This document shows, piece by piece, positions 8,141 to 19,024 of a stretch of 64,000 bases of DNA. The notes below the pieces were generated by a model, which searched no databases, had not been told where the DNA came from, and saw only the letters and a program-made list of their open reading frames with translations. Positions within the stretch are counted from its first letter, which is position 1. Each line of letters opens with the position of its first letter. The DNA is from Pseudomonadota bacterium (GTDB lineage Bacteria > Pseudomonadota > Alphaproteobacteria > Rickettsiales > UBA1997). A program made the position numbers and the translations under genes. The stretch spans positions 2,029-66,028 of the forward strand of contig JAZKFV010000003.1 in the NCBI GenBank assembly GCA_040386195.1. The letters are read 5' to 3'.

Positions 8141-10021
8141 ATGAATGAACGCACTAGAGACGAAGTCAAGGAATCGTTATATTTACTAGCAAAAGAATTA
8201 AAAATCATTCCTGATAATTTTAGTGAAGATGATTTTAAAGCAAGGTTTTTTTATTTTTTTATTGAGAGGGATCATGGGTATTATAAACAACCATTTGAAG
8301 AAAATGTATTTGGAAAATCTTATGCGAGGCCAATGTTTTTTGCTTTTGAAAGTTCGTTTCAAAAATTAATCGCTGGTGAAGAATTAAGTTTAGCATTAAT
8401 AGAAGATCTACGCAGATTATCCTACATAGCAAGATTAGATACTCTTAACCCACTTCAATATAGAAAACGACTTAATTCACAATCATACATTCCAATTCAG
8501 CCACACAAAACTTCAAGTAAATTTCTTAAACAAATTATCGCAGATGATCACAAAACGAAGCTTGATTTGCTCGAATATTCAGTAGGAAAATATGTTCATT
8601 ATTTCATGTCTAATAAATTGATTTTAATTAAAGAGGTTACAGGTGACGTAGATGATCCTATTGAGCTTAAAAACATAATTAATGAGTTAATCGAATGTTA
8701 TAAAAATAAACTACAAAAAATCAAAGAAGATACATCAATATCAGCGGATGAACAATTTCATCAAAAAATAAATCTAATCGGTTTTTTTATTGGTGATATG
8801 GATAGGCTTCACCCTTATAGAGATGGCAATGGAAGATTAGATGATTTTTTATTAGCTAATTATTTGCTGATTCAAGAAGGAATGTCTCCATGTATAATTT
8901 TTCAACCTTGGAACTTTGCTTATGTAACCGCTGAGGAAAGATTTTTTGCGATTATAGAAGGACAAAGAGCTTATGAATATTATTTTTTAAATGGCCATAA
9001 AATTACTGACGATGCCGGATTGGTATTGCGTGAGCCGCTTACCGAGGAAATGAAATCCGTTCCTATAAAATTCATTGCCAATGATGAGGAAATCTACAAA
9101 AAAACTATCGATTTATTTCTATTTTATAATCAAATTACTGCCGCTGAATTACTCAACCAAAATCCAAATTATCATCCCAAAATTGATACAACAAAACTTA
9201 AAGAATCATTGAGCGAAACAATCACTTTTTTAACTCAAGATCCTCATAATATTGAAAATTTAGAATCATTTTGCGTGCCCATAAAGCATAAAGATATTAT
9301 CAGAATCGTTACTTTAGCTGGCGCTTTACCATTGTTTGATCGCGATACGGTCAGACAGGATGAAGCTGAAAAGTATGATTTTCTTAAAACTCATTATAAA
9401 TTTGATATAGAAAGATATCGCAGTGATGATCAATATAAAGATCAAATTTTAAAAGGATTGTTACCCAGAGTATATATTAATTTCAAACCATTTTGCAGAT
9501 ATTGGCCTCAAAATTATGAATATCAAACTGATGAGGTTGCTAGAGATGGGGTTTTATGGCAGATAAAAGAAAAGGCTAGATATATCACCTCAAAACCGAA
9601 GAAGGAAAAAATATTGAAACTCGTTAAATCAGAGTTTCTTTTGCCGGTTGTTCTGCAAGATAAAAATTATCGAGATGGGTTAAGATATGATTTAGTGGCT
9701 TTAAATCATCGCCTTAGATCAAGAGGATACAAATTTGATGACGAAAGATTACCTGATGATTTGCCGAAATTAACAATGGAAAAGCATCCTGATCTTACCG
9801 ATGAGATTAAAGCTCATTTCCGATCCGTTGCAAATTTTACGTGGAAATTAGGAAATCCAAATCAGCAAGAAGGTTGTGAATTTGGATTTGTTTCTTACTT
9901 TATTAAAAATTATTGCCTAGAAATACTAAAACCAAAAACAAGCCCCGAGCCAAATTTAGGAGCGGCGGCAAGTTTGCAAGTAACACAAGAAAGTGGACAG
10001 CAAGTTCCTGTGATTAGTTAG
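8141..10021 (+). CDS. Tandem paralogue of the Fic-like protein
   Basis: 626 aa, colinear with 6136..8058. Identical Fic-like core, with a 153-nt stretch (8759..8911) 100% identical to 6763..6915. Confidence 0.7.
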   Translation: MNERTRDEVKESLYLLAKELKIIPDNFSEDDFKARFFYFFIERDHGYYKQPFEENVFGKSYARPMFFAFESSFQKLIAGEELSLALIEDLRRLSYIARLDTLNPLQYRKRLNSQSYIPIQPHKTSSKFLKQIIADDHKTKLDLLEYSVGKYVHYFMSNKLILIKEVTGDVDDPIELKNIINELIECYKNKLQKIKEDTSISADEQFHQKINLIGFFIGDMDRLHPYRDGNGRLDDFLLANYLLIQEGMSPCIIFQPWNFAYVTAEERFFAIIEGQRAYEYYFLNGHKITDDAGLVLREPLTEEMKSVPIKFIANDEEIYKKTIDLFLFYNQITAAELLNQNPNYHPKIDTTKLKESLSETITFLTQDPHNIENLESFCVPIKHKDIIRIVTLAGALPLFDRDTVRQDEAEKYDFLKTHYKFDIERYRSDDQYKDQILKGLLPRVYINFKPFCRYWPQNYEYQTDEVARDGVLWQIKEKARYITSKPKKEKILKLVKSEFLLPVVLQDKNYRDGLRYDLVALNHRLRSRGYKFDDERLPDDLPKLTMEKHPDLTDEIKAHFRSVANFTWKLGNPNQQEGCEFGFVSYFIKNYCLEILKPKTSPEPNLGAAASLQVTQESGQQVPVIS

Positions 10022-12182
10022 AATAAAATTTCTGATTATCGTGATCCATTTTGATCAAGAGTGCGGCTGGCTCAAATCTAACTCCGTAAGCATTGTGAAA
10101 TTCTTTTAATCTAGAAACTACCACACCAACACCAATTTCATCAGCATATCTTAAAAGCCCGCCGCGGAAGGCTGGAAAGCCGGTGCCCATAATCATTGCC
10201 ATATCTAAATAACGGTGATTTTTGACGACATTTTCTTCTAAACATTTTGCCGCTTCATTGATCATAATTAAAATGCAGCGATCAATAATATCGTGATTGT
10301 TGATATAAGATTTATGTAAATGATCAGCGCTTCTAACTTTACTAACAATGTGGTTTACTTCAGAATTAAGACCTAAATTTTTGCCTTCTTTATTATATTT
10401 ATAAAAACCTTGTCCGGATTTTTTTCCAAGCAAAGTTTTGTTTTTAGCCATCTCGCTCAAAAGATGGCAAACATTCATACGCTCGCCATAGCTCTCATAC
10501 AAGCTTTTGGCAACTTTATAACCCACATCAATTCCAACTGTATCCGCTAAAATAAACGGGCCCATTGGCATGCCAAAATCTTCGATCAAATTATCGATGT
10601 TTTTTAAATCTGCACCTTCTTGCAATAAAAATCCGGCTTCGTTGATGTAAGGCAATAAAATTCTATTGACCAAAAACCCAGCAACATCTTTAACTACAAT
10701 TGGCGTTTTATTTAATTTTTTAGAAAGTTTAACGATGGTTGCCACCGCTAAATCAGAGGTTTTTTCACCGCGAATCACTTCCACCAACGGCATTTTATTG
10801 ACCGGATTAAAAAAATGCATTCCCACAAATCTTTGTGGATATTTTAAAGATGTTGCCATTTGAGTGATGGAAAGCGAAGAGGTGTTGCTGGCAATGATAG
10901 TTTCTTTTTTGATGTGATCTTCTAATTCGGCAAAAGAATCTTTTTTAACTTGAATGTTCTCAATGATTGCCTCTACCACAATATCAACATTGTTAAAGCC
11001 AGTGTAATCAGTAGTTGAAGAGATTTCGTCCATCTTCACGCTAATTTGATTATCCTTATATTTGCCAATTTTTTTGAGCTGTTTATAAATTTTTAAAACC
11101 TGATTAAACCCCAGCGCAATGCCGAATTGGGAAATATCTTTCATACGCACCGCAATGTCAGAATTGCTGAACAGCCAAGCAATGCCGCCGCCCATAATTC
11201 CGGCTCCCATTAGACCAACTTGTTTAACTTCTACAGCCTCAATTTCGCTATCTATGCCGTTATCTTTTTTAATTTCTTCATTGATAAAAAATAGTTCGAT
11301 TAAATTTTTAGCAATTTCACCAGCGGCTAGTTTGGAGAATTCTTCGGCTTCTATTTTTAATCCAGCACTATAATCCGAAGAGTGATAAGTTTTTTTAATA
11401 ACATCAAACGCAGCCAGTGGCGCCGGATATTTTCCTTTAGTTTTTGCCAGCAAATCTTTTTTGGCAAAATAATAAATTAAATGTTTTCCCGCCAAAACAA
11501 CTTCACCGATAAAGCGTTTTTTTCTAACCGAACATCGGCATCCTAATACTTGATTAGTGTGATTTTTAACAATCACTTCGGCGATAAAATCTTCTAAATC
11601 ATTACGCAAAAATTCTTCACGGATAATTTTGTCAACCAAACCAATTTTAAAAGCCTTTTTATAATCAACCGGCTTGCCTGATAAAATCATTTTTAAACTT
11701 TCTTGTAATCCTAGCAACCTAGGCAATCTCTGAGTTCCGCCAAAGCCAGGAATAATTCCTAAACTTACTTCGGGCAAACCCAAAATGGTTTTTTTGTTAT
11801 CAACCGCAATACGATAATTGCACGCCAAAGCCAACTCCAAACCGCCGCCCAAACAAGTGCCATTGATAAGAGCGATGGTTGTAATTTTTAAATCAGCAAT
11901 TTTGCCTAAAATTTCTTGCCCTTGTAAAACTTTTTTATAAGCATCAGATTCATTTTTAATTCCTCTAATTTCTTTAATATCAGCGCCGGCAATAAACACA
12001 TCTTTTTTACCGCTTTTAATCAATAAGAGATGAATATTTTTATTAGCTTCAATCTCATCTAAAGTGGCTTCCAACTCAAGTAAAACGGCGGCGCTAAGCT
12101 TATTAACTTTTTCGTTTTCTAGGTTAAAAACTAAAGTAGCAACGCCGTTGCTATCAATTGAAAAATTGAGTGATTCAGACAT
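10014..12182 (-). CDS. Fatty-acid oxidation complex alpha subunit (enoyl-CoA hydratase / 3-hydroxyacyl-CoA dehydrogenase, FadB/FadJ type)
   Basis: 722 aa. N-terminal crotonase fold (FIAGADIKEI, GGGLELALAC) and central Rossmann motif VGLMGAGIMGGGIA of 3HCDH. Confidence 0.9.
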   Translation of the reverse strand: MSESLNFSIDSNGVATLVFNLENEKVNKLSAAVLLELEATLDEIEANKNIHLLLIKSGKKDVFIAGADIKEIRGIKNESDAYKKVLQGQEILGKIADLKITTIALINGTCLGGGLELALACNYRIAVDNKKTILGLPEVSLGIIPGFGGTQRLPRLLGLQESLKMILSGKPVDYKKAFKIGLVDKIIREEFLRNDLEDFIAEVIVKNHTNQVLGCRCSVRKKRFIGEVVLAGKHLIYYFAKKDLLAKTKGKYPAPLAAFDVIKKTYHSSDYSAGLKIEAEEFSKLAAGEIAKNLIELFFINEEIKKDNGIDSEIEAVEVKQVGLMGAGIMGGGIAWLFSNSDIAVRMKDISQFGIALGFNQVLKIYKQLKKIGKYKDNQISVKMDEISSTTDYTGFNNVDIVVEAIIENIQVKKDSFAELEDHIKKETIIASNTSSLSITQMATSLKYPQRFVGMHFFNPVNKMPLVEVIRGEKTSDLAVATIVKLSKKLNKTPIVVKDVAGFLVNRILLPYINEAGFLLQEGADLKNIDNLIEDFGMPMGPFILADTVGIDVGYKVAKSLYESYGERMNVCHLLSEMAKNKTLLGKKSGQGFYKYNKEGKNLGLNSEVNHIVSKVRSADHLHKSYINNHDIIDRCILIMINEAAKCLEENVVKNHRYLDMAMIMGTGFPAFRGGLLRYADEIGVGVVVSRLKEFHNAYGVRFEPAALLIKMDHDNQKFYSN

Positions 12183-12194
12183 ATTTGATTTGAT

Positions 12195-12620
12195 TTATTT
12201 AATAACTGACGAGATAAAAAACCTAACATAAAGACCTTTGCTGGCATAACTAAATCTGATTTCCAACTTGTCGTCTTCTCTTTTAAAAGAAATTTGATCG
12301 GATTGATCATCAATCAGTTTCCAGCCTAATTGTGGTAACGCCGCGAGATAAAAATCTTTGACAAATTTTAATTTAGTGTCACCAATATATTTAGAGATAA
12401 CGATATTGCCGAGCATAGTATCAAAGCTGCTACTATCTTCTCCGATCAATTCTAATCCGGAAAATAACGGAACATCATCAGTGCCCATAACATATTGTTT
12501 TTCTGCAATAATTGACTCTTTTGTGGATTGATCAGGATTGGAAATAATAACTTTATAATAGTGGCAGGAAGTTGTGGCGGTAAGAAAAGTGATAGTGAAA
12601 AATATTTTGATTAACCTCAT
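12195..12620 (-). CDS. Hypothetical lipoprotein
   Basis: Start chosen at MRLIKIFFTITFLTATTSC (signal peptide plus lipobox). The ORF track start at 12647 is 9 codons upstream. Confidence 0.5.
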   Translation of the reverse strand: MRLIKIFFTITFLTATTSCHYYKVIISNPDQSTKESIIAEKQYVMGTDDVPLFSGLELIGEDSSSFDTMLGNIVISKYIGDTKLKFVKDFYLAALPQLGWKLIDDQSDQISFKREDDKLEIRFSYASKGLYVRFFISSVIK

Positions 12621-12671
12621 ATGTGCCTCGTTTAATGTTAATAACAAAACTTGTGCTAAATATAAATGGTA

Positions 12672-14783
12672 TTACTTAATATCGTCATAATTAACCCTAG
12701 ACATTAAATATTTATAAACTATTAAATTTTCCATAATTCTTTGCACATAATTTCTGGTTTCGGAATAAGTTATCAATTCTATCCAATCAACTACCCGATC
12801 TAAATCTTTAGTTTTTCTCGGATCATAAAATTCATTGATCCATCTTTTAGTAGCGCCAGGACCAGCGTTATATGAAGCAATTGCTAAAAGTTCAGAACCA
12901 TCAAAATCGTCAATCAAAGATTTAATATAAAACGATCCCAAAACCACATTATAATTCATATCAGTAGCTAATTTATGGCGGTTATATTTGATGCCAATTT
13001 TTTTACAAACTAACTCTGCGGTGGTTGGCATTAATTGCATAAAGCCAATTGCGCCAACTGAGCTTAAAGCTGAAGTAGCAAAGCCGCTTTCTTGCTTGAT
13101 GATGGCGTGAACCAAAGGCGCGTGGGAATCATTTTCAATTTCTTTAACAATTTGAAATTTATCTTTGATAAAAAAGACATTTTTCTTGGCAGCAGCTTTA
13201 GAAATTTTAACATCCAACTCTTTATTATTCATTTCATTAACCACCTTCATCACCACTGCAATTTCACCATCAGTTTTGGCACTCGCCACCACATATTCAA
13301 ATATTTTTGTTGAATTCTTTTTATCACCCATCAAAGCTAAAAGATAAGCAATTTTCAAAGAATCTTCTTTAGCAATTGATTTAATATCGCCAGGTAAAAT
13401 ATCTGGATCTTTGGGTAAAATAATATCGTTTTGCGAACCGACACTATCTAAAACTCGATGCTTATGAATGGCTAATTGACCATAAAAATAAGTTGGATAT
13501 TTGATTGCAACTTTATACCAATCAATTGCCTTTTTCTTATCACCCATCTCTTGCGCCGACATACCAAGCCAATAAGCAGCTCTGGAAATGCTGATTGGAT
13601 AGGTAACATTAACATATAGATTATTGAAATGATCATAAGCAATTTTTGGCTTATTTAAAAAACGTAGCGCAATCCAACCAGCCGTCCATTCGGCATCTGG
13701 AAAATCAACATTATTAACTTTCAAACCGTGGCTAGAAGCTAAAGCATAAGCCTTTTTATAGTTTTTGCTTTTAAGCATTTCTCTGGAATATAATTTTCTT
13801 AAACTCCACCATTTATCCGGATTACTAACATTGCCCGGTATATCCAAAAGCATATCAACAACCTCTGAAGCATCAACACCATTACCAATTCGCGCTTTTT
13901 TCCAGATAATTATTTTATAAGCTAAAATTTCACTACCCCGCACTGATCTTGGAATTGAGGTGATTATTTTATCAATATATTTTGGGTTGTGATCAATCTC
14001 GATTATGGCGTTAAATAATTTTTGATAATCCGCGCCAACTAGATAAAAAATTCTTTTCGCATCATCAGTTTTATTATCCCACAATAGGCGATTAATTCTG
14101 GCGATATGATTTTCTTCGGTTAATTTATCGCCATAATTTGACAAAAATTTTGCCTCTTTATCCGCAGAAAAATTTTCATTAATCCAAATATTAGTGGTTA
14201 ATTTATCAATCTCTTTTTGCAAATTATTTTGCTGATTCAAATCTTGTTGAACATCTTTTGAAGAGCTTAAATAATTAATCTCAGATTTTAATAAATAGAT
14301 TTTTGATTCAGTATTAGTGGCGGGAAAGTTTTGGAAATATTGTTTAGAAAATCGATAAGGAATATTATTTAAAACCGCAATCTTCTCAGCATTTTTTCTA
14401 AGCTCAGCAAGGTTAGGGAAAAATTGATTATCGTTAACAAATCTGGAAATATCATTAAAATTAACACTATTTAGATCAACGGCATTATTATCAATTTGGC
14501 TATATTTATTCCACAAAGCAATTTCAAGAGCCGCGTCAGCAAAGGCAGATTTTCCCTCTGCTCCATTCATTTTTTTGGCAATTTCTAAAGCTTTTTTATA
14601 ATTATCTTGATTAATAGCAGTGGAAAAATTTTTTAAATTTTCAACATCATCTTTCTTCAAACCACCCCACAATTTTTGACTCATTTGCTCCTTGCCCGCA
14701 TTAGCAAAAGAGCTATCCGGAAGCGTTGCAAAGCAAAACGATATTAACAAGAATTGATTGATGATTTTTAATTTTCTAAACAC
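12672..14783 (-). CDS. slt: Soluble lytic murein transglycosylase (Slt70-like)
   Basis: 703 aa with a signal peptide, a long helical superhelix region, and a C-terminal SLT domain (IIKQESGFATSALSSVGAIGFMQLMPTTA...ASYNAGPG). Confidence 0.9.
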   Translation of the reverse strand: MFRKLKIINQFLLISFCFATLPDSSFANAGKEQMSQKLWGGLKKDDVENLKNFSTAINQDNYKKALEIAKKMNGAEGKSAFADAALEIALWNKYSQIDNNAVDLNSVNFNDISRFVNDNQFFPNLAELRKNAEKIAVLNNIPYRFSKQYFQNFPATNTESKIYLLKSEINYLSSSKDVQQDLNQQNNLQKEIDKLTTNIWINENFSADKEAKFLSNYGDKLTEENHIARINRLLWDNKTDDAKRIFYLVGADYQKLFNAIIEIDHNPKYIDKIITSIPRSVRGSEILAYKIIIWKKARIGNGVDASEVVDMLLDIPGNVSNPDKWWSLRKLYSREMLKSKNYKKAYALASSHGLKVNNVDFPDAEWTAGWIALRFLNKPKIAYDHFNNLYVNVTYPISISRAAYWLGMSAQEMGDKKKAIDWYKVAIKYPTYFYGQLAIHKHRVLDSVGSQNDIILPKDPDILPGDIKSIAKEDSLKIAYLLALMGDKKNSTKIFEYVVASAKTDGEIAVVMKVVNEMNNKELDVKISKAAAKKNVFFIKDKFQIVKEIENDSHAPLVHAIIKQESGFATSALSSVGAIGFMQLMPTTAELVCKKIGIKYNRHKLATDMNYNVVLGSFYIKSLIDDFDGSELLAIASYNAGPGATKRWINEFYDPRKTKDLDRVVDWIELITYSETRNYVQRIMENLIVYKYLMSRVNYDDIK

Positions 14784-14940
14784 TTAAGAAAGGCAGATTT
14801 TAAAAGGTTATAAAGGATTTATTTTGGCGGATTATTCTTACAATAAAAAAATATTTTACAACTTAATAAAAATTCTTTAACTTTTAAAAAAACTAACTAT
14901 TCTACGGTCTTTTCCAACCTTGACCAAACCACTCAAACAA

Positions 14941-15291
14941 ATGGATTTAATCAGCAAAATTGCCATCAAAATTTCCTGCAACCAAGTTGGTGTTGATGAA
15001 TTTGGTAATCAATATTTTGAAGCAAAAAAAGCTCGAAATAATCACAAAAAAAGATCTGTAATCTATAATGGAATTGCCGAACCCAGCAAAATTCCCGCGC
15101 ATTGGCACGGCTGGCTTCACTACACTAGCGATAACATTCCTCAAAAAGTTCAAAAATATTCTTGGGAAAAAATCCACCTTCCCAATTTAACCGGCACAAA
15201 ATTTGCCCATTTTCCTTTAGGCAGCAAAATATCCGGCGGCAAAAGATCAAAAGTTAGTTCCGATTATCAACCTTGGCAACCAAATCAATAA
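14941..15291 (+). CDS. NDUFA12-like (NADH:ubiquinone oxidoreductase 17.2 kDa subunit family) protein
   Basis: VGVDEFGNQYFE...RSVIYNG..EPSKIPAHWHGWLHYT is the NDUFA12 family signature common in alphaproteobacteria. ATG at 14941 is preferred over the TTG at 14920 used in the ORF track. Confidence 0.85.
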   Translation: MDLISKIAIKISCNQVGVDEFGNQYFEAKKARNNHKKRSVIYNGIAEPSKIPAHWHGWLHYTSDNIPQKVQKYSWEKIHLPNLTGTKFAHFPLGSKISGGKRSKVSSDYQPWQPNQ

Positions 15292-15300
15292 ACATAATTT

Positions 15301-15765
15301 ATGAAGAATAATCTTTTTGAAGTAATCGTTGGCACTTTTGTTTTAGGCTGTGCAATTTATTTTTTCTTTTTCTCCTTCAACAAATCTGGTATCTCAACTT
15401 CCAAAACCTATCAAATTTTAGCCAAATTTGATAATATCGACGGCATCAGCTCAGGCAGCGACATTAAAATTTCTGGAGTAAAAGTTGGCGCTGTTGCTGG
15501 CGAAGCCATTGATCCTACAACCTATCAAGCAATTTTAAAATTAGACATCAACCAAGAAATTAAACTTCCTAAAGATTCTTCCGCCAAAGTTCTCAGCTCG
15601 GGTTTGCTTGGCGGCAAATATATTGGTCTAGAAATTGGCGCTGAAGATGAAATGTTAAAAAATGGCGAACAAATTCAGTTCACTCAATCCGGGATTAACT
15701 TTGAAGAACTTCTCGGTAAATTTATTTTTGGCGCAAAAAAAGAAAGTACTGATGAAAGCAAATAA
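15301..15765 (+). CDS. mlaD: Outer-membrane lipid asymmetry protein MlaD
   Basis: 154 aa. N-terminal TM helix plus an MCE domain (FDNIDGISSGSDIKISGVKVGAV...LSSGLLGGKYIGLE). Confidence 0.85.
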   Translation: MKNNLFEVIVGTFVLGCAIYFFFFSFNKSGISTSKTYQILAKFDNIDGISSGSDIKISGVKVGAVAGEAIDPTTYQAILKLDINQEIKLPKDSSAKVLSSGLLGGKYIGLEIGAEDEMLKNGEQIQFTQSGINFEELLGKFIFGAKKESTDESK

Positions 15766-16222
15766 TATAATTTTTACTCTAATTGTGGCGCTAACACTTA
15801 GCGCTAATCAATCTTTCGCTTTCAATTTTCTTGGCGATTCAAAAAAATCTGAGCCAAAAAATGCCGTTACTGAAGATCAAAATGATAATCAAAAATTAAC
15901 CATCGATAAAATTGATCAAAGCAACTTCTCGGGAACTGCAGTTTTACAAGGCCTAAACAAAGTTACCGCCAAAACTTTGGAGCTGAGAGTTAAGGTTGGT
16001 GGACAAATTGAATTTGGCAAATTGATCATCAAAGCCAAAAAATGCTGGAAATCTCCAGCTGATCAACGACCAGAAAATAAAATTCTTCTAGAAGTTGAAG
16101 AACTCAATGCTGACGGCACCAAAAAACCCATATTCTATGGCTGGATGTTTTCTTCCAGCCCTTCAATTTCAGGTCTGGAACATCCAATTTACGACATAAC
16201 TGCAATTGAATGTAAAAATTAG
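15752..16222 (+). CDS. DUF2155-like secreted protein
   Basis: Start at MKANNIIFTLIVALTLSANQSFA (signal peptide), overlapping the mlaD stop. LQGLNKVTAKT..L.V......FG.L.I....C and its position after mlaD are typical of alphaproteobacterial DUF2155. Confidence 0.65.
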   Translation: MKANNIIFTLIVALTLSANQSFAFNFLGDSKKSEPKNAVTEDQNDNQKLTIDKIDQSNFSGTAVLQGLNKVTAKTLELRVKVGGQIEFGKLIIKAKKCWKSPADQRPENKILLEVEELNADGTKKPIFYGWMFSSSPSISGLEHPIYDITAIECKN

Positions 16223-16360
16223 TCGTAAGTCATAAGTCGTAAGTATTTATTTCTTATGAAACTACTCTGGTAATATAACCAATTCATACCTTAAGACTTA
16301 CGACTTATGAAACTATAACCAATTCATACCTTATGACTCACGACTCACGACTCACGACTA
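16221..16360. repeat. Composite repeat: inverted heptamer arrays flanking a duplicated ~29-bp unit
   Basis: Left arm is agtcgtaagtcataagtcgtaagt. The right arm atgactcacgactcacgactcacgact is its near reverse complement. Internal direct repeat ttatgaaacta..taaccaattcatacctta occurs twice. Confidence 0.8.
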
Positions 16361-17004
16361 ATATCAAAATTTCCCCTTCAATTTTATCCGCTAATTTTGC
16401 CAATCTTGGTGAAGAAGTTCAAGCCATCTCTAAAGCTGGCGCCGATTATATTCATATTGATGTTATGGATGGCAGCTTTGTTCCTAATATCACCATTGGC
16501 TCAGATGTGGTAAAATCAATTCGTGGTTACAGCGATTTGCCTTTTGATGTGCATTTGATGATTCAAAACCCTGATTTACATTTAGAAAATTTTGCCAATG
16601 CTGGTGCCGACATTATCACCATTCACACCGAAGCGGCAACTCACTTGCATCGCAGCGTTGCTAAAATTAAATCTTTAGGCAAAAAAGCTGGCGTTTCAAT
16701 TGTGCCTTCAACTAATGAAAATGTTTTGGATTATGTTTTGGAAGATGTTGATTTAATTTTAGTGATGACTGTCAATCCTGGCTTTGGTGGGCAAAAATTT
16801 ATCTCTTCCCAGCTGAAAAAAATTGAAAATATCAGCAATAAAATTTCTAAACTGGGCAAAAAAATTGATCTTGAAGTTGATGGCGGAATCAATCAGGAAA
16901 ATGCTCGGCAAGTTATCAATTGTGGCGCCAATGTTTTAGTTGCCGGCTCTTTTATTTTTGGCAACAAAAACTACTCCGAAGCAATCACCAAACTGCGCTC
17001 TTAA
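16333..17004 (+). CDS. rpe: Ribulose-phosphate 3-epimerase
   Basis: 223 aa. [17 protein letters not shown]...[17 protein letters not shown]...DVHLM...[13 protein letters not shown]...EVDGGI. The first ~9 codons are encoded by the heptamer repeat. Confidence 0.93.
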   Translation: MTHDSRLTTNIKISPSILSANFANLGEEVQAISKAGADYIHIDVMDGSFVPNITIGSDVVKSIRGYSDLPFDVHLMIQNPDLHLENFANAGADIITIHTEAATHLHRSVAKIKSLGKKAGVSIVPSTNENVLDYVLEDVDLILVMTVNPGFGGQKFISSQLKKIENISNKISKLGKKIDLEVDGGINQENARQVINCGANVLVAGSFIFGNKNYSEAITKLRS

Positions 17005-17007
17005 CCA

Positions 17008-18336
17008 ATGACTAAACTATCTAAAGCTTTGAATAATCTGGGCTTTAGATCCCAAAACCATTCATCAACCATTCAATCTTCCGATCTCCAAATTCACCAA
17101 GCAATTATCGAAAACCTTTATTTTGCCGGTTATTTTAACGAACAATTAATTTGGCAGGCAATCAATCTGATTGGCTTTGATAAAAACAGCAAAAAAACTA
17201 ATCAAATTTGGAGCGAAACTCCTCAGCTGGCTTTTTTATTGATGTATAAAATCATCAAAAAATCCGGCGCTTTACAAGATAATCCCAAGCTGTTTGACTC
17301 CAAATATTTATTGAACCATCTTTTTGACGAAAATATTTTTGATATTCAAGATATTGAAGATTTTATGGTTTATTTAGTTTGTCAAAATGCCTTTGGCAGA
17401 ATTCCTAATCAAGAACGCAGTGAAATTGTACCGCAAGTTTGGATGCAAATTTATCAGCAACAATATTTAGAAAATGCTCAAAAAATTGGCTTGATTGCAG
17501 CGATAAATCCCAATTTCACCAAATATGACGAAAGCTGGGTAATGGGCGCTGGGCGCTATCGAACTACGACTCGCATCAAACATCTAAAACAATTAATCGA
17601 TTCTGGAATTGATGTTGGCAAAATTAGATTACTCAGCGGCAATCGTGAATTATGGGTTGAAATTGATAATATTGGTGATGTGGCTGAGGCTAAAAATTTT
17701 ATGATTAAACTTGCTGAAAAAAATCATATTAAAATTGATACAAAAAATCCTTTCATCACCAGAAATGTTCTTGATAGCCCGAGAACCTATATAAATTACC
17801 GCATTGGCGAAACTAAAAAACTCACCGAAACTTTAATGATGTGCGAAATTTATGAAAATATTTTTGGTAAAAGCCAAGCAACTTTGATCGACGATACCAG
17901 CAAAAAACATCGCCCCACCACTCAAAGCACTGTTGAAAATATCGCCAAATATATTTTTCAAAATCGTTTTGAAGAAGATGGCGATTTAAAAAACAAGCCG
18001 GAGGTGAAGGTGATGATTGTCAGCAATCAGCCTTATTGCGAGCGACAAAAGCTGACCACCAAAAGAGTTGTTGAAAAAATTATTCATCATCACATTAGCA
18101 AAAAAATTATTTTTGATGAAGTTGGCGGATCAGCTTTTAACAGCGCAGTTAAAAGTATTCATTCTGAATTTGCCGCTTTAATGGCGGAAAAATTTTGGCA
18201 ATACACCAAAAAAACCGCCCACAGCGCCAAGAGAAAACGCACTGCGCAGAGAATGATTTTCTCAGCTAGATTTAAAGACATCAGCTTTATTCCACCAATT
18301 CCAACTTCAATCATTCCGTCAATTTCTTATGACTAA
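17008..18336 (+). CDS. Hypothetical protein
   Basis: 442-aa ORF tightly packed between rpe and queH. No motif recognised with confidence; [13 protein letters not shown] and [13 protein letters not shown] are only faintly reminiscent of DUF218/YdcF. Confidence 0.4.
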   Translation: MTKLSKALNNLGFRSQNHSSTIQSSDLQIHQAIIENLYFAGYFNEQLIWQAINLIGFDKNSKKTNQIWSETPQLAFLLMYKIIKKSGALQDNPKLFDSKYLLNHLFDENIFDIQDIEDFMVYLVCQNAFGRIPNQERSEIVPQVWMQIYQQQYLENAQKIGLIAAINPNFTKYDESWVMGAGRYRTTTRIKHLKQLIDSGIDVGKIRLLSGNRELWVEIDNIGDVAEAKNFMIKLAEKNHIKIDTKNPFITRNVLDSPRTYINYRIGETKKLTETLMMCEIYENIFGKSQATLIDDTSKKHRPTTQSTVENIAKYIFQNRFEEDGDLKNKPEVKVMIVSNQPYCERQKLTTKRVVEKIIHHHISKKIIFDEVGGSAFNSAVKSIHSEFAALMAEKFWQYTKKTAHSAKRKRTAQRMIFSARFKDISFIPPIPTSIIPSISYD

Positions 18337-19024
18337 AACAGAATATAATTATCAATTAGAACTCCCAGAAGTGAAAGATTCTGGCAATAAAGTTTTAATG
18401 CACAGCTGCTGCGCGCCTTGCGCCGGAGATTTGATGGAGAGAATGATTGAATCAAAAATTGACTTAACCATCTTTTTTTACAATCCCAATATCCATCCCA
18501 AAAAAGAATATGAAATTAGAAAAGAAGAAAATATTCGTTTCGCTGAAAAATTAAAAATTCCTTTTATTGATGCTGATTATGATGTGCAAAATTGGTTCTC
18601 TAGAGCCAAAGGTTTAGAGCGCGAGCCCGAACGCGGTGAACGCTGCACCAAATGTTTTGATATGCGCTTTGAACGCACCGCGCTTTATGCTTATGAAAAT
18701 AATTTCAAAATTATCACCTCGTCACTTGGTATTTCCCGCTGGAAAAATATGGAACAAATTAATGATTGTGGAATTCGTGCCGCTAAAAATTATGAAGGAA
18801 TTACTTATTGGGATTACAATTGGCGCAAAGCCGGCGGCGCAGCGCGCATGTATGAAATTGCTAAACGCGAAGAATTTTATAAACAAGAATATTGCGGCTG
18901 TATTTTTTCTTTGAGAGATTCCAACGATTGGAGAAAGCAAAATGGAAGAGAAGAAATTGCTATTGGTCAGGAATTTTATAAGGAAGTTGAGATTGATAAA
19001 AATTTAGTTGAGAACCAAAAATGA
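18329..19024 (+). CDS. queH: Epoxyqueuosine reductase QueH (DUF208)
   Basis: 231 aa. HSCCAPCAG...[12 protein letters not shown]......[10 protein letters not shown]...EYCGCIFS matches the QueH cysteine pattern. Confidence 0.85.
   Translation: MTKTEYNYQLELPEVKDSGNKVLMHSCCAPCAGDLMERMIESKIDLTIFFYNPNIHPKKEYEIRKEENIRFAEKLKIPFIDADYDVQNWFSRAKGLEREPERGERCTKCFDMRFERTALYAYENNFKIITSSLGISRWKNMEQINDCGIRAAKNYEGITYWDYNWRKAGGAARMYEIAKREEFYKQEYCGCIFSLRDSNDWRKQNGREEIAIGQEFYKEVEIDKNLVENQK

Noticed and set aside
15662-15751. Upstream start of the DUF2155-like ORF overlapping 100 nt of mlaD.
   Set aside because: The internal ATG at 15752 yields a canonical signal peptide and a normal 14-nt overlap with mlaD.
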